Below are positions 46,370 to 55,270 of a DNA stretch of 64,000 nucleotides, one piece after another. The notes beneath the pieces are model-generated. The model did no database searches. It saw only the letters and a list, made by a program, of their open reading frames with translations, and had not been told where the DNA came from. Position numbers and translations under genes: made by a program. The DNA comes from Chloroflexota bacterium (GTDB lineage Bacteria; Chloroflexota; Anaerolineae; Anaerolineales; DRMV01), in contig DRMV01000020.1 of the NCBI GenBank assembly GCA_011322445.1, positions 64,157-128,156 of the forward strand, in the 5' to 3' direction. Position 1 is the first letter of the stretch. Each line of letters starts with the position of its first letter.

Positions 46370-48790
46370 CTACAACAGCGGCCGATAGCGCCGCAAACGC
46401 AGGCTGTTGCTGACCACGAAGACGCTGGAAAAGCCCATCGCCCCCGCGGCAAGGATGGGGTGCAGCAGCCCGGCCGCGGCAGCAGGGATGAGCACCACGT
46501 TGTAGAAGAATGCCCAGAACAGGTTTTGCTTGATGGTGCGCACGGTGCGGCGGGAAAGGTGAATGGCCCGCGGCACACCCCGCAGGTCGCCGCTGATGAG
46601 GGTCACGGGGGCGGTGGCCATGGCTACATCGGTGCCGGTGCCAATCGCCAGCCCCACATCGGCTTGCGCCAGCGCCGGGGCATCGTTGATGCCGTCGCCG
46701 ACCATCGCCACCACCTCCCCCTCGGCCTGCAACCGCTTCACCTCGTCGGCTTTGCCGTCGGGCAGCACCTCGGCCAGCACGCGGTCAATGCCAATTTGCC
46801 GGGCAATGGCTTCAGCCGTGCGCTGATTGTCGCCCGTCATCATCGCGACTTTCAGCCCCAGGCGGTGCAACGCTTCCACGGCTTCGGCGGAATGCGCTTT
46901 GACGGTGTCGGCCACAGCAATCACGCCGCGCGCGACGCCATCCACCGCCACGAACATCGCAGTCCTGGCTTCCTCTTCCAGTCGCTGCGCTGCTTCGGCC
47001 AGCCCTTCCAGCGGAATGCCGTGGGCTTCCATCATGCGGCGGTTGCCGACCATCACCGCCCGACCGTCCACTTCAGCAGCCACCCCGCGCCCCACCTCGG
47101 CACGGAAGCCGCCCACTTCGCCTAATGCCAGGCCGCGGTTGCCCGCCTCGGCCCAGATGGCTTCCCCGAGGGGGTGCTCACTGCCCTGCTCCACCGAGGC
47201 AGCCAGGCGCAGGAGTTCGTCTTCCTCGATGCCTTCCGCCACAATGTCGGTCACGGCGGGCTGACCGCGGGTGACGGTGCCGGTTTTGTCGAGCACAACC
47301 ATCGTCAAGCGCCCGGCGCGTTCCAGGGCTTCCCCAGATTTGAAAAGAATGCCATGCTCGGCGCCCTTGCCCGCGCCGACCATCACGGCGGTGGGCGTCG
47401 CCAGCCCCATCGCACAGGGGCAGGCAATCACCAGCACGGCCACCATGTTCACCAGGGCGCGGGTGAAGGCGTTGGTGGCAGCGTCAGCAGGCAGGGGAAT
47501 GAAGAAGTACCAGACCACAAAGGTCAGCACCGCCAGGCCAATGACCGTGGGCACGAAAACAGCCGAAACCCTGTCGGCGAGTTGCTGGATGGGCGCTTTG
47601 GAGCCCTGGGCTTCTTCCACCAGGCGGACGATTTGCGCCAGCGCGGTGTCGCGCCCCACTTTGGTGGTTTCGATTTTGAGGCGGCCGAGTTTGTTGAGGG
47701 TCGCGCCGACCACCGGGTCGCCGGCGGCCTTTTCCACCGGCAGCGATTCGCCGGTAATCATGGATTCATCTACCGCGGAGCGGCCTTCAATCACCACGCC
47801 ATCGACCGGAATTTTCTCGCCCGGGCGCACGATGACCACATCGCCCACACGCACTTCGTCCACCGGCACGTCCACCTCGCGGCCTTCCCGCACCACACGG
47901 GCAGTTTTGGCCTGCAGGCTCATCAGTTTCTGGATGGCCTCGGAAGTGCGGCCTTTGGCTTTGGCTTCCAGGTATTTGCCGATGCGAATGAGGGTGATGA
48001 TGGTGGCCGAGGTTTCGAAGTAAAGGTGGCCAGGGAGCAGGTTCAGCAAGACGGCCACCGAGTAGAAGTAGGCCACGGACGAGCCCAGGGCTACGAGCAC
48101 ATCCATGTTGGGCGCGCCGTTGCGGAGCGCCTTGTAGCCGCCTTCGTAGTATTGCCAGCCGACGTAAAACTGCACCGGCGTGGCGAGGGCAAAGAACACC
48201 CAGCCCCACCAGGGGGCCTGCGCCACAGCCGCTGGAAGCAAACCGAAGTCACGCCCCATGGAAAGCAGGAAAAGGGGCAGGGTGAGAAAGACGCCCGTCC
48301 ACAGCAGGCGGCGCTGGCGGGCAATTTCTTCCCGACGGACACGGGCTTCGACGTCTTCATCGGCGCTTTCGGCCGTCGCCACCCGAAAACCGGCACCGGC
48401 GACGGCTTCCCGCAGTTCGGCCTGGCTGACCACCGTGGGAATGTAGCGGATGAGCACCCGCTCACTGGCAAGGTTGGCGCTGACTTCCAGCACCCCGTCG
48501 ATGGCGCGCAGGGCTTTTTCGAGGCGGCGGGCGTCGTTGTCGTCGCCGATACCCTGCACCAGCCAGTTGGCTTCGCCGGTAGCCACATCGTAACCGGCGC
48601 GCCGAATGCGGTGGACCAGGTCGTCCAGGCCCGCGGCGGCAGGGTCGAAGGCCACGGTGGCGCGTTCCGAGGCCAGATTGACCACGGCATTGGCCACACC
48701 GGGGACTTTCTTCAAATTGCGCTCCACGGTAGCCACGCAGTTCGCGCAGGTCATGCCCGTGATGGGCAAAACCACTTGAGTTTCGGTCAT
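46370..48790 (-). CDS. copA: copper-translocating P1B-type ATPase
   Basis: N-terminal HMA domain with [10 protein letters not shown] motif [27 protein letters not shown] and [12 protein letters not shown]. The second HMA-like domain lacks CxxC. Confidence 0.95.
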   Translation of the reverse strand: MTETQVVLPITGMTCANCVATVERNLKKVPGVANAVVNLASERATVAFDPAAAGLDDLVHRIRRAGYDVATGEANWLVQGIGDDNDARRLEKALRAIDGVLEVSANLASERVLIRYIPTVVSQAELREAVAGAGFRVATAESADEDVEARVRREEIARQRRLLWTGVFLTLPLFLLSMGRDFGLLPAAVAQAPWWGWVFFALATPVQFYVGWQYYEGGYKALRNGAPNMDVLVALGSSVAYFYSVAVLLNLLPGHLYFETSATIITLIRIGKYLEAKAKGRTSEAIQKLMSLQAKTARVVREGREVDVPVDEVRVGDVVIVRPGEKIPVDGVVIEGRSAVDESMITGESLPVEKAAGDPVVGATLNKLGRLKIETTKVGRDTALAQIVRLVEEAQGSKAPIQQLADRVSAVFVPTVIGLAVLTFVVWYFFIPLPADAATNAFTRALVNMVAVLVIACPCAMGLATPTAVMVGAGKGAEHGILFKSGEALERAGRLTMVVLDKTGTVTRGQPAVTDIVAEGIEEDELLRLAASVEQGSEHPLGEAIWAEAGNRGLALGEVGGFRAEVGRGVAAEVDGRAVMVGNRRMMEAHGIPLEGLAEAAQRLEEEARTAMFVAVDGVARGVIAVADTVKAHSAEAVEALHRLGLKVAMMTGDNQRTAEAIARQIGIDRVLAEVLPDGKADEVKRLQAEGEVVAMVGDGINDAPALAQADVGLAIGTGTDVAMATAPVTLISGDLRGVPRAIHLSRRTVRTIKQNLFWAFFYNVVLIPAAAAGLLHPILAAGAMGFSSVFVVSNSLRLRRYRPLL

Positions 48791-48853
48791 ACGTGCTTCC
48801 TCCTGGAAGGCCAGAGGCCGCCCACCAGAGCGGCCTCATGTTTTTTGAGCGGC

Positions 48854-49057
48854 TTACTCTGCCACGGGGTAATTGATTTCCGCCAGCAGCGCCTTGAGGC
48901 GCGCTTCGTCGGCGGGGGCCTCGAAAGTGATGGTGACGCGCTTTTCGGCCACGTCGCCTTCCACCGCAGCCACGCCTTCCAGTTCGGTCAGTTCCGACTT
49001 GATGGTATGGATGCAGTGGTGGCAGGTGATGTTGGGAATGTGATAAGTGACCTTCAC
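48854..49057 (-). CDS. copZ: copper chaperone (HMA domain)
   Basis: 67 aa with a CxxC metal site (NITCHHCIHT). Confidence 0.85.
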   Translation of the reverse strand: MKVTYHIPNITCHHCIHTIKSELTELEGVAAVEGDVAEKRVTITFEAPADEARLKALLAEINYPVAE

Positions 49058-49069
49058 AGCAAACGCTCC

Positions 49070-49339
49070 TTATAGTTTCTGGAATGCCTCGAAAATGTCG
49101 AGAATTTCATTCAGCACGCGTTCGCGCTCTTCGACATCATCGCTGCGGATGGCTGAAATCACGCAGGTGTGCAAGTGCTCATCCAGAATCAGGGCACTGA
49201 TCTTGTTCAGTGCTGCCTGCACGGCCTGGATTTGCCGCAAGACGTCAATGCAATAGGCGTCTTCTTCCAACATGCGCTCGATGCCGCGAATGTGGCCTTC
49301 CACGGTTTTCAGCCGCCGATAAGCTGCTTCGTGCTTCAT
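49070..49339 (-). CDS. csoR: CsoR-family copper-sensing repressor
   Basis: 89 aa. HIRGIERMLEEDAYCIDVLRQI...DEHLHTCV carries the C-H-C ligand pattern. Confidence 0.9.
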   Translation of the reverse strand: MKHEAAYRRLKTVEGHIRGIERMLEEDAYCIDVLRQIQAVQAALNKISALILDEHLHTCVISAIRSDDVEERERVLNEILDIFEAFQKL

Positions 49340-49349
49340 GTCACACCTC

Positions 49350-49392
49350 CGTTACCCCCCCCCCAGGGGGGTGGGGTGCGGTCAGTATAATG
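49350..49392 (-). promoter_or_regulatory. csoR-copZ-copA promoter/operator: G/C-tract pseudo-palindrome
   Basis: ACCCCCC-cccca-GGGGGGT (49354..49372) contains a C10 homopolymer. It lies between a minus-sense TATACT -10 element (49389..49384) and the SD GGAGGTG. This resembles the GC-rich pseudo-palindromes known to bind CsoR. Confidence 0.6.
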
Positions 49393-49598
49393 CATTTTCA
49401 GGAAGGCGTCAAGCCCCTCCACACGCCCTTTTGCAGGAAAGCAGCCCGCTGTCGGCCTTCTCCCGAAGGCCAGCAGCCCGCGTTACGCGCGAACAGCCCG
49501 CGCCTTCATGCCCCCGTAGTACAATCTAAAACATGCTGCCGAGCGCCCCGCCCGCCTTTGTGCAAGTAGGCCGGGTGGGGGCTCTTTTGAGGCCCTCC

Positions 49599-51398
49599 AT
49601 GCAGATCCTCATTTTCTCGCTCATCGTTCTGGTCACCATGGCGCTGTTGCTCACCGATGCACTGCGCCCGGAAATCATCGGGCTGGGCGTGCTGTTCACG
49701 CTGGGCGCGACTGGCCTCGTCTCGTGGAAAGAAGCCTTTGCCGGCTTCAGCAGCAACGCGGTCATGGCAATGTTCGGGCTGTTCATCATCGGGGGCGCGC
49801 TGCAGCGCAGCGGTGCCGCTGGCTGGCTCGGCGACCAACTGGTAGGGCTCGCCAGGGGGAACGAATCCGTCCTCATCGCCATCCTCATGGGCACAGCAGC
49901 AGCCCTTTCGGCCATCATGGTCAACATCGGCACCGCGGCCGTGCTCTTGCCCGCCGTCATGAGCGCCAGCCGCAAAACCAAAATTCCGCCCAGCCGCCTG
50001 GTGTTTCCCCTGGGCGTCGGTACCATCATCGGCGGCATGCTGACCCTCATCGGTGCAACACCCACCATCATCATGAACGAGTTTTTAGGGGCGGCCTCAC
50101 TGCAGCCGTTCAAAATTTTCGAGCAAGCCCCCCTCATCCTTCCCGCGGTCATCTCGGCGGTAGCCCTGATGGTCGTGCTCAAAAACGTGCTCCTGCCCCA
50201 CCGACCGCCGGAATACGAAGACCTGCTGCAAAAGAGCGACGCCCTCATTCGCTCTTACCTGCTGGATAAAGTGCTCCACGAAGCCATTGTAAGGCCCGAT
50301 TCGTCGCTGGTCGGGCTCAGTCTGCGGGAATGCGGCTTACGCGCCCGCCACGGCGTGTACGTCATCGGCATTCGCCGCGACGGGCAGTTCCTTCCACCCC
50401 CCACCGCCGACACAGTATTGCTCGCGGGCGACCGCCTGCTTGTGCGCGGCGACGACCAGGCCATGCTCGCGGCAGCCGCATCCTGCGGTCTGGATGTCCT
50501 GCCCGAGGTCGAAGCCTTCCCCCCGAACTTGCTGCGCGAGGGCTTCCAGATGGCCGAAGTGACCTTAGCACCGCGTGCGTGGTTACAGGGCAAAACAGTC
50601 GCCGAAGCCGACTTCTTCAACCGCTATGGCCTGCGTATCCTCGCCATCGACCACAAAGGGCACCCCCTGCACCACCACCTTGCCGAGCACAAACTGGAAT
50701 TCGGCGACACCCTGCTGGTGCACGGCCGCACCGATCGGCTGGCCGCGCTGGAAGAAGACGACAACTTCATCGTGCTGGAGAAAACCGCGCCGGAAGAAGC
50801 CGGCAGCGCGCTTTCCATCCCCAAGGCAGTTACCACCATTGTGGTCACCGTGCTGGCGTTGGGTGCGGTGGGCTTCCACCTTTTGCCGCTGGGCGCAGCC
50901 TCGGTGGGGGGCGCCACCTTACTCCTGCTGCTCGGCGTGCTTACTATGGAAGAGGCCTACCGCGCCATCTCGTGGAAAGTGCTCATCTTCATCAGCGGCA
51001 TGTTGCCCCTGGGCGCGGCGATGATGCACAGCGGCACTTCGGCAGCCATCGGCCACATGCTGGGCCGTCTGCTGGGGGGGCACAGCACCTTCTGGCTTTA
51101 CCTGCTCATCGCGGTCGTTGCCACGGTGATTGCCCACCTGACCTCAAACGTGACCGCTGCCGTTGTCACCATCCCCCTGGCCCTGCAAACCGCGATGCAT
51201 CTGGGTGCCAACCCCCGCGCCGCAGCCGTCGTGGCCGCGTTGGGAGCCTCGAACGTCTTCAGTTCCCCCACCTATCAGGTCAACGTCTTTCTCATGGGGC
51301 CCGGCGAATACAAACCGCTGGATTTCGTAAAGAAGGGGGCTTTGTTCACCGTCCTGGTCATCCTCACCATCGCCACAGGGGCCTATTTAGGGCTGTAA
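49599..51398 (+). CDS. SLC13/DASS-family permease with two central TrkA-C (RCK C) domains
   Basis: Start re-assigned to MQILIFSLIVLVTMALLLTDALRPE. Two TM bundles flank LVGLSLRECGLRARHGVYVIGIRRDG and LQGKTVAEADFFNRYGLRILAIDHKG. Confidence 0.85.
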   Translation: MQILIFSLIVLVTMALLLTDALRPEIIGLGVLFTLGATGLVSWKEAFAGFSSNAVMAMFGLFIIGGALQRSGAAGWLGDQLVGLARGNESVLIAILMGTAAALSAIMVNIGTAAVLLPAVMSASRKTKIPPSRLVFPLGVGTIIGGMLTLIGATPTIIMNEFLGAASLQPFKIFEQAPLILPAVISAVALMVVLKNVLLPHRPPEYEDLLQKSDALIRSYLLDKVLHEAIVRPDSSLVGLSLRECGLRARHGVYVIGIRRDGQFLPPPTADTVLLAGDRLLVRGDDQAMLAAAASCGLDVLPEVEAFPPNLLREGFQMAEVTLAPRAWLQGKTVAEADFFNRYGLRILAIDHKGHPLHHHLAEHKLEFGDTLLVHGRTDRLAALEEDDNFIVLEKTAPEEAGSALSIPKAVTTIVVTVLALGAVGFHLLPLGAASVGGATLLLLLGVLTMEEAYRAISWKVLIFISGMLPLGAAMMHSGTSAAIGHMLGRLLGGHSTFWLYLLIAVVATVIAHLTSNVTAAVVTIPLALQTAMHLGANPRAAAVVAALGASNVFSSPTYQVNVFLMGPGEYKPLDFVKKGALFTVLVILTIATGAYLGL

Positions 51399-51617
51399 CA
51401 GGAAGGCATCCGCGCGGCCGCCCTTCACTTGCGCCGGTACACACTCACCAGGCACTGCAGGTTTCGGGGGTCGCCCGATGCGCTGACATCGTAGGTCACG
51501 AATATTGCGACACGACGCGGGGGGTGTCATGGCCGCCCGGGGCGCAGCGCAGGCCGCCAGTAAGAGCCATAGCGTCAGCAACGCAACCACGAGCGAAAGC
51601 CTGCCCTCAGGTTTCAT
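51387..51617 (-). CDS. possible small lipoprotein (76 aa)
   Basis: ATG 51617 with AAAGGAG upstream and lipobox LLLAACAAP. The mature part is R/P-rich and the 3' end overlaps the convergent permease gene by 12 nt, so this call is weak. Confidence 0.3.
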   Translation of the reverse strand: MKPEGRLSLVVALLTLWLLLAACAAPRAAMTPPASCRNIRDLRCQRIGRPPKPAVPGECVPAQVKGGRADAFLLQP

Positions 51618-52236
51618 TGTCTTCTCTTCTCCTTTTTGCCGTCAGCACCGGGACGCCTGCCACCCGCGCCATTTCTTCGGCCCAGGCGCGAGCGCGCGTT
51701 TGCAGGCGATGAGAGTGCCGCCATGCTATTTGGGCACGGCCATCTTTCAGTACGACCACAATTTCCAACCACGTGCCCACGGTCGGCGAATCGGCAAAAA
51801 AGGCGTTCGGGCCAATCCCTTGAGCGTGCCACTGGCGGGTGCGAAAGCGCAAGCCACGCAAATCTTCTCGCCGCCAGAGCCTGCGGCCAAAACGCAGCCA
51901 GCCGGGGCGGGCTTCCCAAACCTGATGCCGCGGCCACAGCGCGTCAGTCAACATCACCCACGCCAACACCAGCGCGGCCTGAAGCAAGGATTCCCGCACC
52001 GAGAGACGCCCGCCGCCCGCCCATCGTGCCAGTTTGCCTGCCAGATCAAAACCCGCAGCCATTGCCAGCCCACTGAAACCCAGGTAAAGCAAGAGCCCCA
52101 ATGCGACCAGCCCCTTCGTATCGGCGTCGGCTGTCCGGAGCGACAGGCGTCGCACCGCGCGGAAATGGTCGGGGCGCCGGGAAGTCACTTCCCACCGGAA
52201 GAGACCATAGGCCAGGGTGGTAGGAAGAGGCTTCAT
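51607..52236 (-). CDS. hypothetical membrane protein (two TM helices plus a C-terminal soluble domain)
   Basis: Start re-assigned to ATG 52236 (MKPLPTTLAYGLFRWEV), with an ATGA overlap onto the upstream gene. The track ORF extended to 52617 overlaps another coding frame. Confidence 0.5.
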   Translation of the reverse strand: MKPLPTTLAYGLFRWEVTSRRPDHFRAVRRLSLRTADADTKGLVALGLLLYLGFSGLAMAAGFDLAGKLARWAGGGRLSVRESLLQAALVLAWVMLTDALWPRHQVWEARPGWLRFGRRLWRREDLRGLRFRTRQWHAQGIGPNAFFADSPTVGTWLEIVVVLKDGRAQIAWRHSHRLQTRARAWAEEMARVAGVPVLTAKRRREDNET

Positions 52237-52556
52237 GAGCGTGCGCGACGGTTGAGCCACGCTGTCAGATAACCATAGCCAAAGCCAAGGATCAGCGTGA
52301 ACATCATGACGAGGCTGCTCGCCAGCAGGGTGCCGAAAGCCAGACGCCCCAAGGTTTGCACCAGCGCTGCGGGGTCGGCACCGCCCATACCAAAGACGTT
52401 CAGGGAAAGCAGCGTTTCCATCTGGTGATACACGCGCCAGGCCAGGTACAGGCTGGCCGCGGCGAAAGCCGTCCCTGCGGCCACAAGGGCGGTCATCAGC
52501 AGCGAGACGAAGCGTTGCGAGCCGCCTTTCGGGGGAAGCGTTGGCGTTTCGGTCAT
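52233..52556 (-). CDS. hypothetical small membrane protein (three TM helices)
   Basis: Start ATG 52556 (MTETPTLPPKGG), with an ATGA overlap onto the stop of the 714-aa lipoprotein gene. Confidence 0.5.
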   Translation of the reverse strand: MTETPTLPPKGGSQRFVSLLMTALVAAGTAFAAASLYLAWRVYHQMETLLSLNVFGMGGADPAALVQTLGRLAFGTLLASSLVMMFTLILGFGYGYLTAWLNRRARS

Positions 52557-54697
52557 GGCTGCTGCTCGACGAAAATGACCGAGGGGCTGGCGACGGCCCA
52601 CGTGCTGCCGAGGCCAATGCTTTGGCCGCTGAACACGGTCACGAAGTCAGATGCGCTGAGCGACCGTTTCAGGCCGGGCACGCGCGCCAGGCGAATGACG
52701 GTGGGCGTTTGCAGGTTGGGGCTGTAGTGGACGTAAATCCAGTAGCGTTGGCTTTGGGGGTCGTAATAGCCGCTCGGAACGCCGCCCTGGCCGCGGCTGA
52801 GCACGCTTATCAGGCTGTAAGCGCCATGCAGGTTCGGCGATTCCCAGGCCTGCACCGAAAGGCCGTGGCTGGTCAGCAGCACCATCCGCTGGCCATCGGA
52901 AAACACATCGGGGTCGGAAAGCGAGCGGAACGCCTGCCCCTGGCCCACTGTGACGGTGACGCGCGCTCCCTCGACGGGCTGGAAACGCGTGCCATCGCTG
53001 CCGCTGACTTCCACCGCCGAGCGCACCGTGCGTTCGCATTGCGCCTCGCCGTTGCAGCCGCCCGGGTCGCCGCCGATCACTCCCTGCACGAAGAACAGCA
53101 CCAGCCGCCCCTGGTCGTCCAGCATGAGCGAAGGGTCAACGAACCCCTGGGGGAGACCTTCCACCGTTACCCGCTGCGTGGCTTCCAGCACGCCGGTGTC
53201 GAAATGATAGCGCGTCACCGCGCCGGGGGTATAGATGTAGAGCGTATCGCCGCGGCGGATGAGGTCCGGCACCGAACCCGAGAAGGGTTGCCAGCCGGGC
53301 ACCAACTGCCACGCCACGCCGTCGGCGCTCTGGGCGAGATAAACGTGGTGTGTGCTGGGGGTGTCGCAGGCGCTTTGAGCGGTATCGCAGGCATGGAACG
53401 CCATCAGATAGGGCTGGGTGATTTGCAAGTGCAGCGTGATGTCGCGCGGGTTGCCCTGCGCGGTGACGCCCCCTTCCGGTGCGGCGCTTTGGCCGCCTGG
53501 GGGCGGCGGGCCGCCAGGAGGCAGGGTCAGCCCGCAGGCTTCCATGGCGGGTTCTTCTTCCTGCGTGGGCGGGCGCTGGAAGCCGGTGATGGCCGTGAAG
53601 GCCTCCTCGCCCCAGGCTTCCTTGAGGCAGGCCTCCTGCGCAGCGGTGAGGTTAGCGAAAGGATTGAAGTCCGGCTGGTTGCCCTGGGGGTTGCCGGGGC
53701 CTGCCCCGCTGGGCTTCCCGGCCTGGCCGGTCACGATTTTGTAGGCAAAGGCGTAGCCCCCCTCGGGCAGCGCCGTCAGGCTGGGGTCGCTGCCGCTTCC
53801 CGGCACCTGGACGTCATCCAGCCGCTGCCAGGTTCGCCCGCCGTCGGTAGAGCGGTACATGTGGGCCAGATACAGCCCCACGCTGCCGTCAGGGAAAACG
53901 GCCAGTTCGGGAATGCCCTTGTCGCGCACCGGTTCGCCGAACTCGGTGAAATGGCTGCCGTCGTCGCTGCGGGCAAAGACCGTTTGGTCGCCCACGGTCA
54001 CGGCCAGCAGCCAGGTGCCATCGGGAAGTTGCACCAGGGTGGGGTCGGTGGCGTGCTGGATGGCGATGAGTTGGCCCTCCACGGTAAAGTGCAGGCCATC
54101 GTCGGAAACCGCGCTGAAAATGGGGTTGGGATCGCCGGGTTGCAGGGTTTGGCTCACGAAATTGCCCTGGAAATAGACCAGCCGGAAGCGGCCATCGGGC
54201 AGGCGGACGACGTTGGGGTCCACCGCGTTGCCGTTGAACTGGCCATCCAGCGTCACGCAGCCCACGGTTTCCCAGGTGCCGTTATCGGTCTGGCGGGCGG
54301 CAAAAATGCCGTGATGCCCCGGCTCGCCGTTGACGAAATACACCCACAGGTGGCCGTCGGGGCCGAGCACCAGGTCGGGCACCGAGGCGTGTTCCAGAAT
54401 CAACTTGCCTTCTTCGGGGAAGGTGCGGCCGTCTGAGGTGGTGGTGAGGTACACCTGGTGGTTGTAGAGGGGCGACGGCTGGTCGCCCGCGGAGGCTTCG
54501 CCAGCCTGACATTGCCCGCTCGCTGCCTTCCCAGTGGCAGCAGGCTGGGGCTGCGCCGTGGCGGTGGGCGCGGGGGGCTGCGTGGGGCGCGCCTGAGGCG
54601 TGCGGGGGGACGGTGTGCCCGCCGGACGGGGCGCAGGCCTGGGGGCGCAGGCCGCCAGCAAGCCCAGGAACAGCACGAAAAGCACGGTTTTCTTCAT
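52553..54697 (-). CDS. secreted lipoprotein with two beta-propeller-like (sialidase/GH43-like) halves
   Basis: Lipobox LGLLAACAP and a P/T-rich linker. Two ~300-aa halves carry recurring blade-like motifs (TSDGRTF, SDDGLHF, SDDGSHF, STDGGRTW; then SADGVAW, GSDGTRF). Confidence 0.6.
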   Translation of the reverse strand: MKKTVLFVLFLGLLAACAPRPAPRPAGTPSPRTPQARPTQPPAPTATAQPQPAATGKAASGQCQAGEASAGDQPSPLYNHQVYLTTTSDGRTFPEEGKLILEHASVPDLVLGPDGHLWVYFVNGEPGHHGIFAARQTDNGTWETVGCVTLDGQFNGNAVDPNVVRLPDGRFRLVYFQGNFVSQTLQPGDPNPIFSAVSDDGLHFTVEGQLIAIQHATDPTLVQLPDGTWLLAVTVGDQTVFARSDDGSHFTEFGEPVRDKGIPELAVFPDGSVGLYLAHMYRSTDGGRTWQRLDDVQVPGSGSDPSLTALPEGGYAFAYKIVTGQAGKPSGAGPGNPQGNQPDFNPFANLTAAQEACLKEAWGEEAFTAITGFQRPPTQEEEPAMEACGLTLPPGGPPPPGGQSAAPEGGVTAQGNPRDITLHLQITQPYLMAFHACDTAQSACDTPSTHHVYLAQSADGVAWQLVPGWQPFSGSVPDLIRRGDTLYIYTPGAVTRYHFDTGVLEATQRVTVEGLPQGFVDPSLMLDDQGRLVLFFVQGVIGGDPGGCNGEAQCERTVRSAVEVSGSDGTRFQPVEGARVTVTVGQGQAFRSLSDPDVFSDGQRMVLLTSHGLSVQAWESPNLHGAYSLISVLSRGQGGVPSGYYDPQSQRYWIYVHYSPNLQTPTVIRLARVPGLKRSLSASDFVTVFSGQSIGLGSTWAVASPSVIFVEQQP

Positions 54698-54782
54698 GTA
54701 AGGGCTCCAGCAAGATAAAGGAAGGGAAACCCGGGGAAGGCAAGGCTTTCCCCAACGACGGAAAATCGCTAAAAGCGCCTCT

Positions 54783-55220
54783 TCAGCCCGCCGGGCGGAC
54801 GCGCCAGGTTGCTTCGCCTTCCAGCGCCAGCATCAGCCCCTGGGCGCGCAGGGCGTCTTCCAGCACGCCTAACCATTGCTGCCGCTGCTTTTTGTTCATC
54901 ACCATCCGCAGCGTGGTGCCGTCGCCTAAGGGGATGTCTACCGATTGGTTGAGACCATATTTGGAAAACGAGATGCGCGTCAGCCCTTTCAGGGCGATCT
55001 CCTGGCGGCGGGTGCCGAGTTGGGCGCTCTTGCGCAGCAGGGTACGGGCAATGATGGAAACCGCCGCCGCGGCCCCGGCAACCACCGACTCCGAAAGCAC
55101 CACGATGCGGTGGCTGGTCAGGTAGCATACGCCGGTGCGCGCGGCGATGCGGCCTTCCACCAGGGAAACCCGGTCTTTGCGCAGGAGCGTTTCGTGGGGG
55201 GAAAGGGTAATCTGGGGCAT
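54783..55220 (-). CDS. hypothetical cytoplasmic protein, PH/GRAM-like fold suspected
   Basis: 145 aa. GVCYLTSHRIVVLSE and a central hydrophobic stretch. No catalytic motif. Confidence 0.45.
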   Translation of the reverse strand: MPQITLSPHETLLRKDRVSLVEGRIAARTGVCYLTSHRIVVLSESVVAGAAAAVSIIARTLLRKSAQLGTRRQEIALKGLTRISFSKYGLNQSVDIPLGDGTTLRMVMNKKQRQQWLGVLEDALRAQGLMLALEGEATWRVRPAG

Positions 55221-55270
55221 GGGTCTCTCCGAAAAAGGGGGAAGGCAGCGCCTCGGAGCGAAAAATCTGC

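Noticed and set aside
45402-46388. 328-aa plus-strand ORF overlapping the small TM ORF and the 231-aa membrane protein
   Set aside because: The translation is R/P/G/H-rich without hydrophobic segments or motifs. The alternative frame gives a coherent 7-TM protein.
48791-48853. Hairpin GAGGCCGC-ccaccaga-GCGGCCTC followed by TTTTTT in the plus sense, between copZ and copA
   Set aside because: The U-tract is on the wrong strand to terminate the minus-strand cop operon and no plus-strand gene ends here. It may affect mRNA stability or antisense transcription, but there is no evidence for that.
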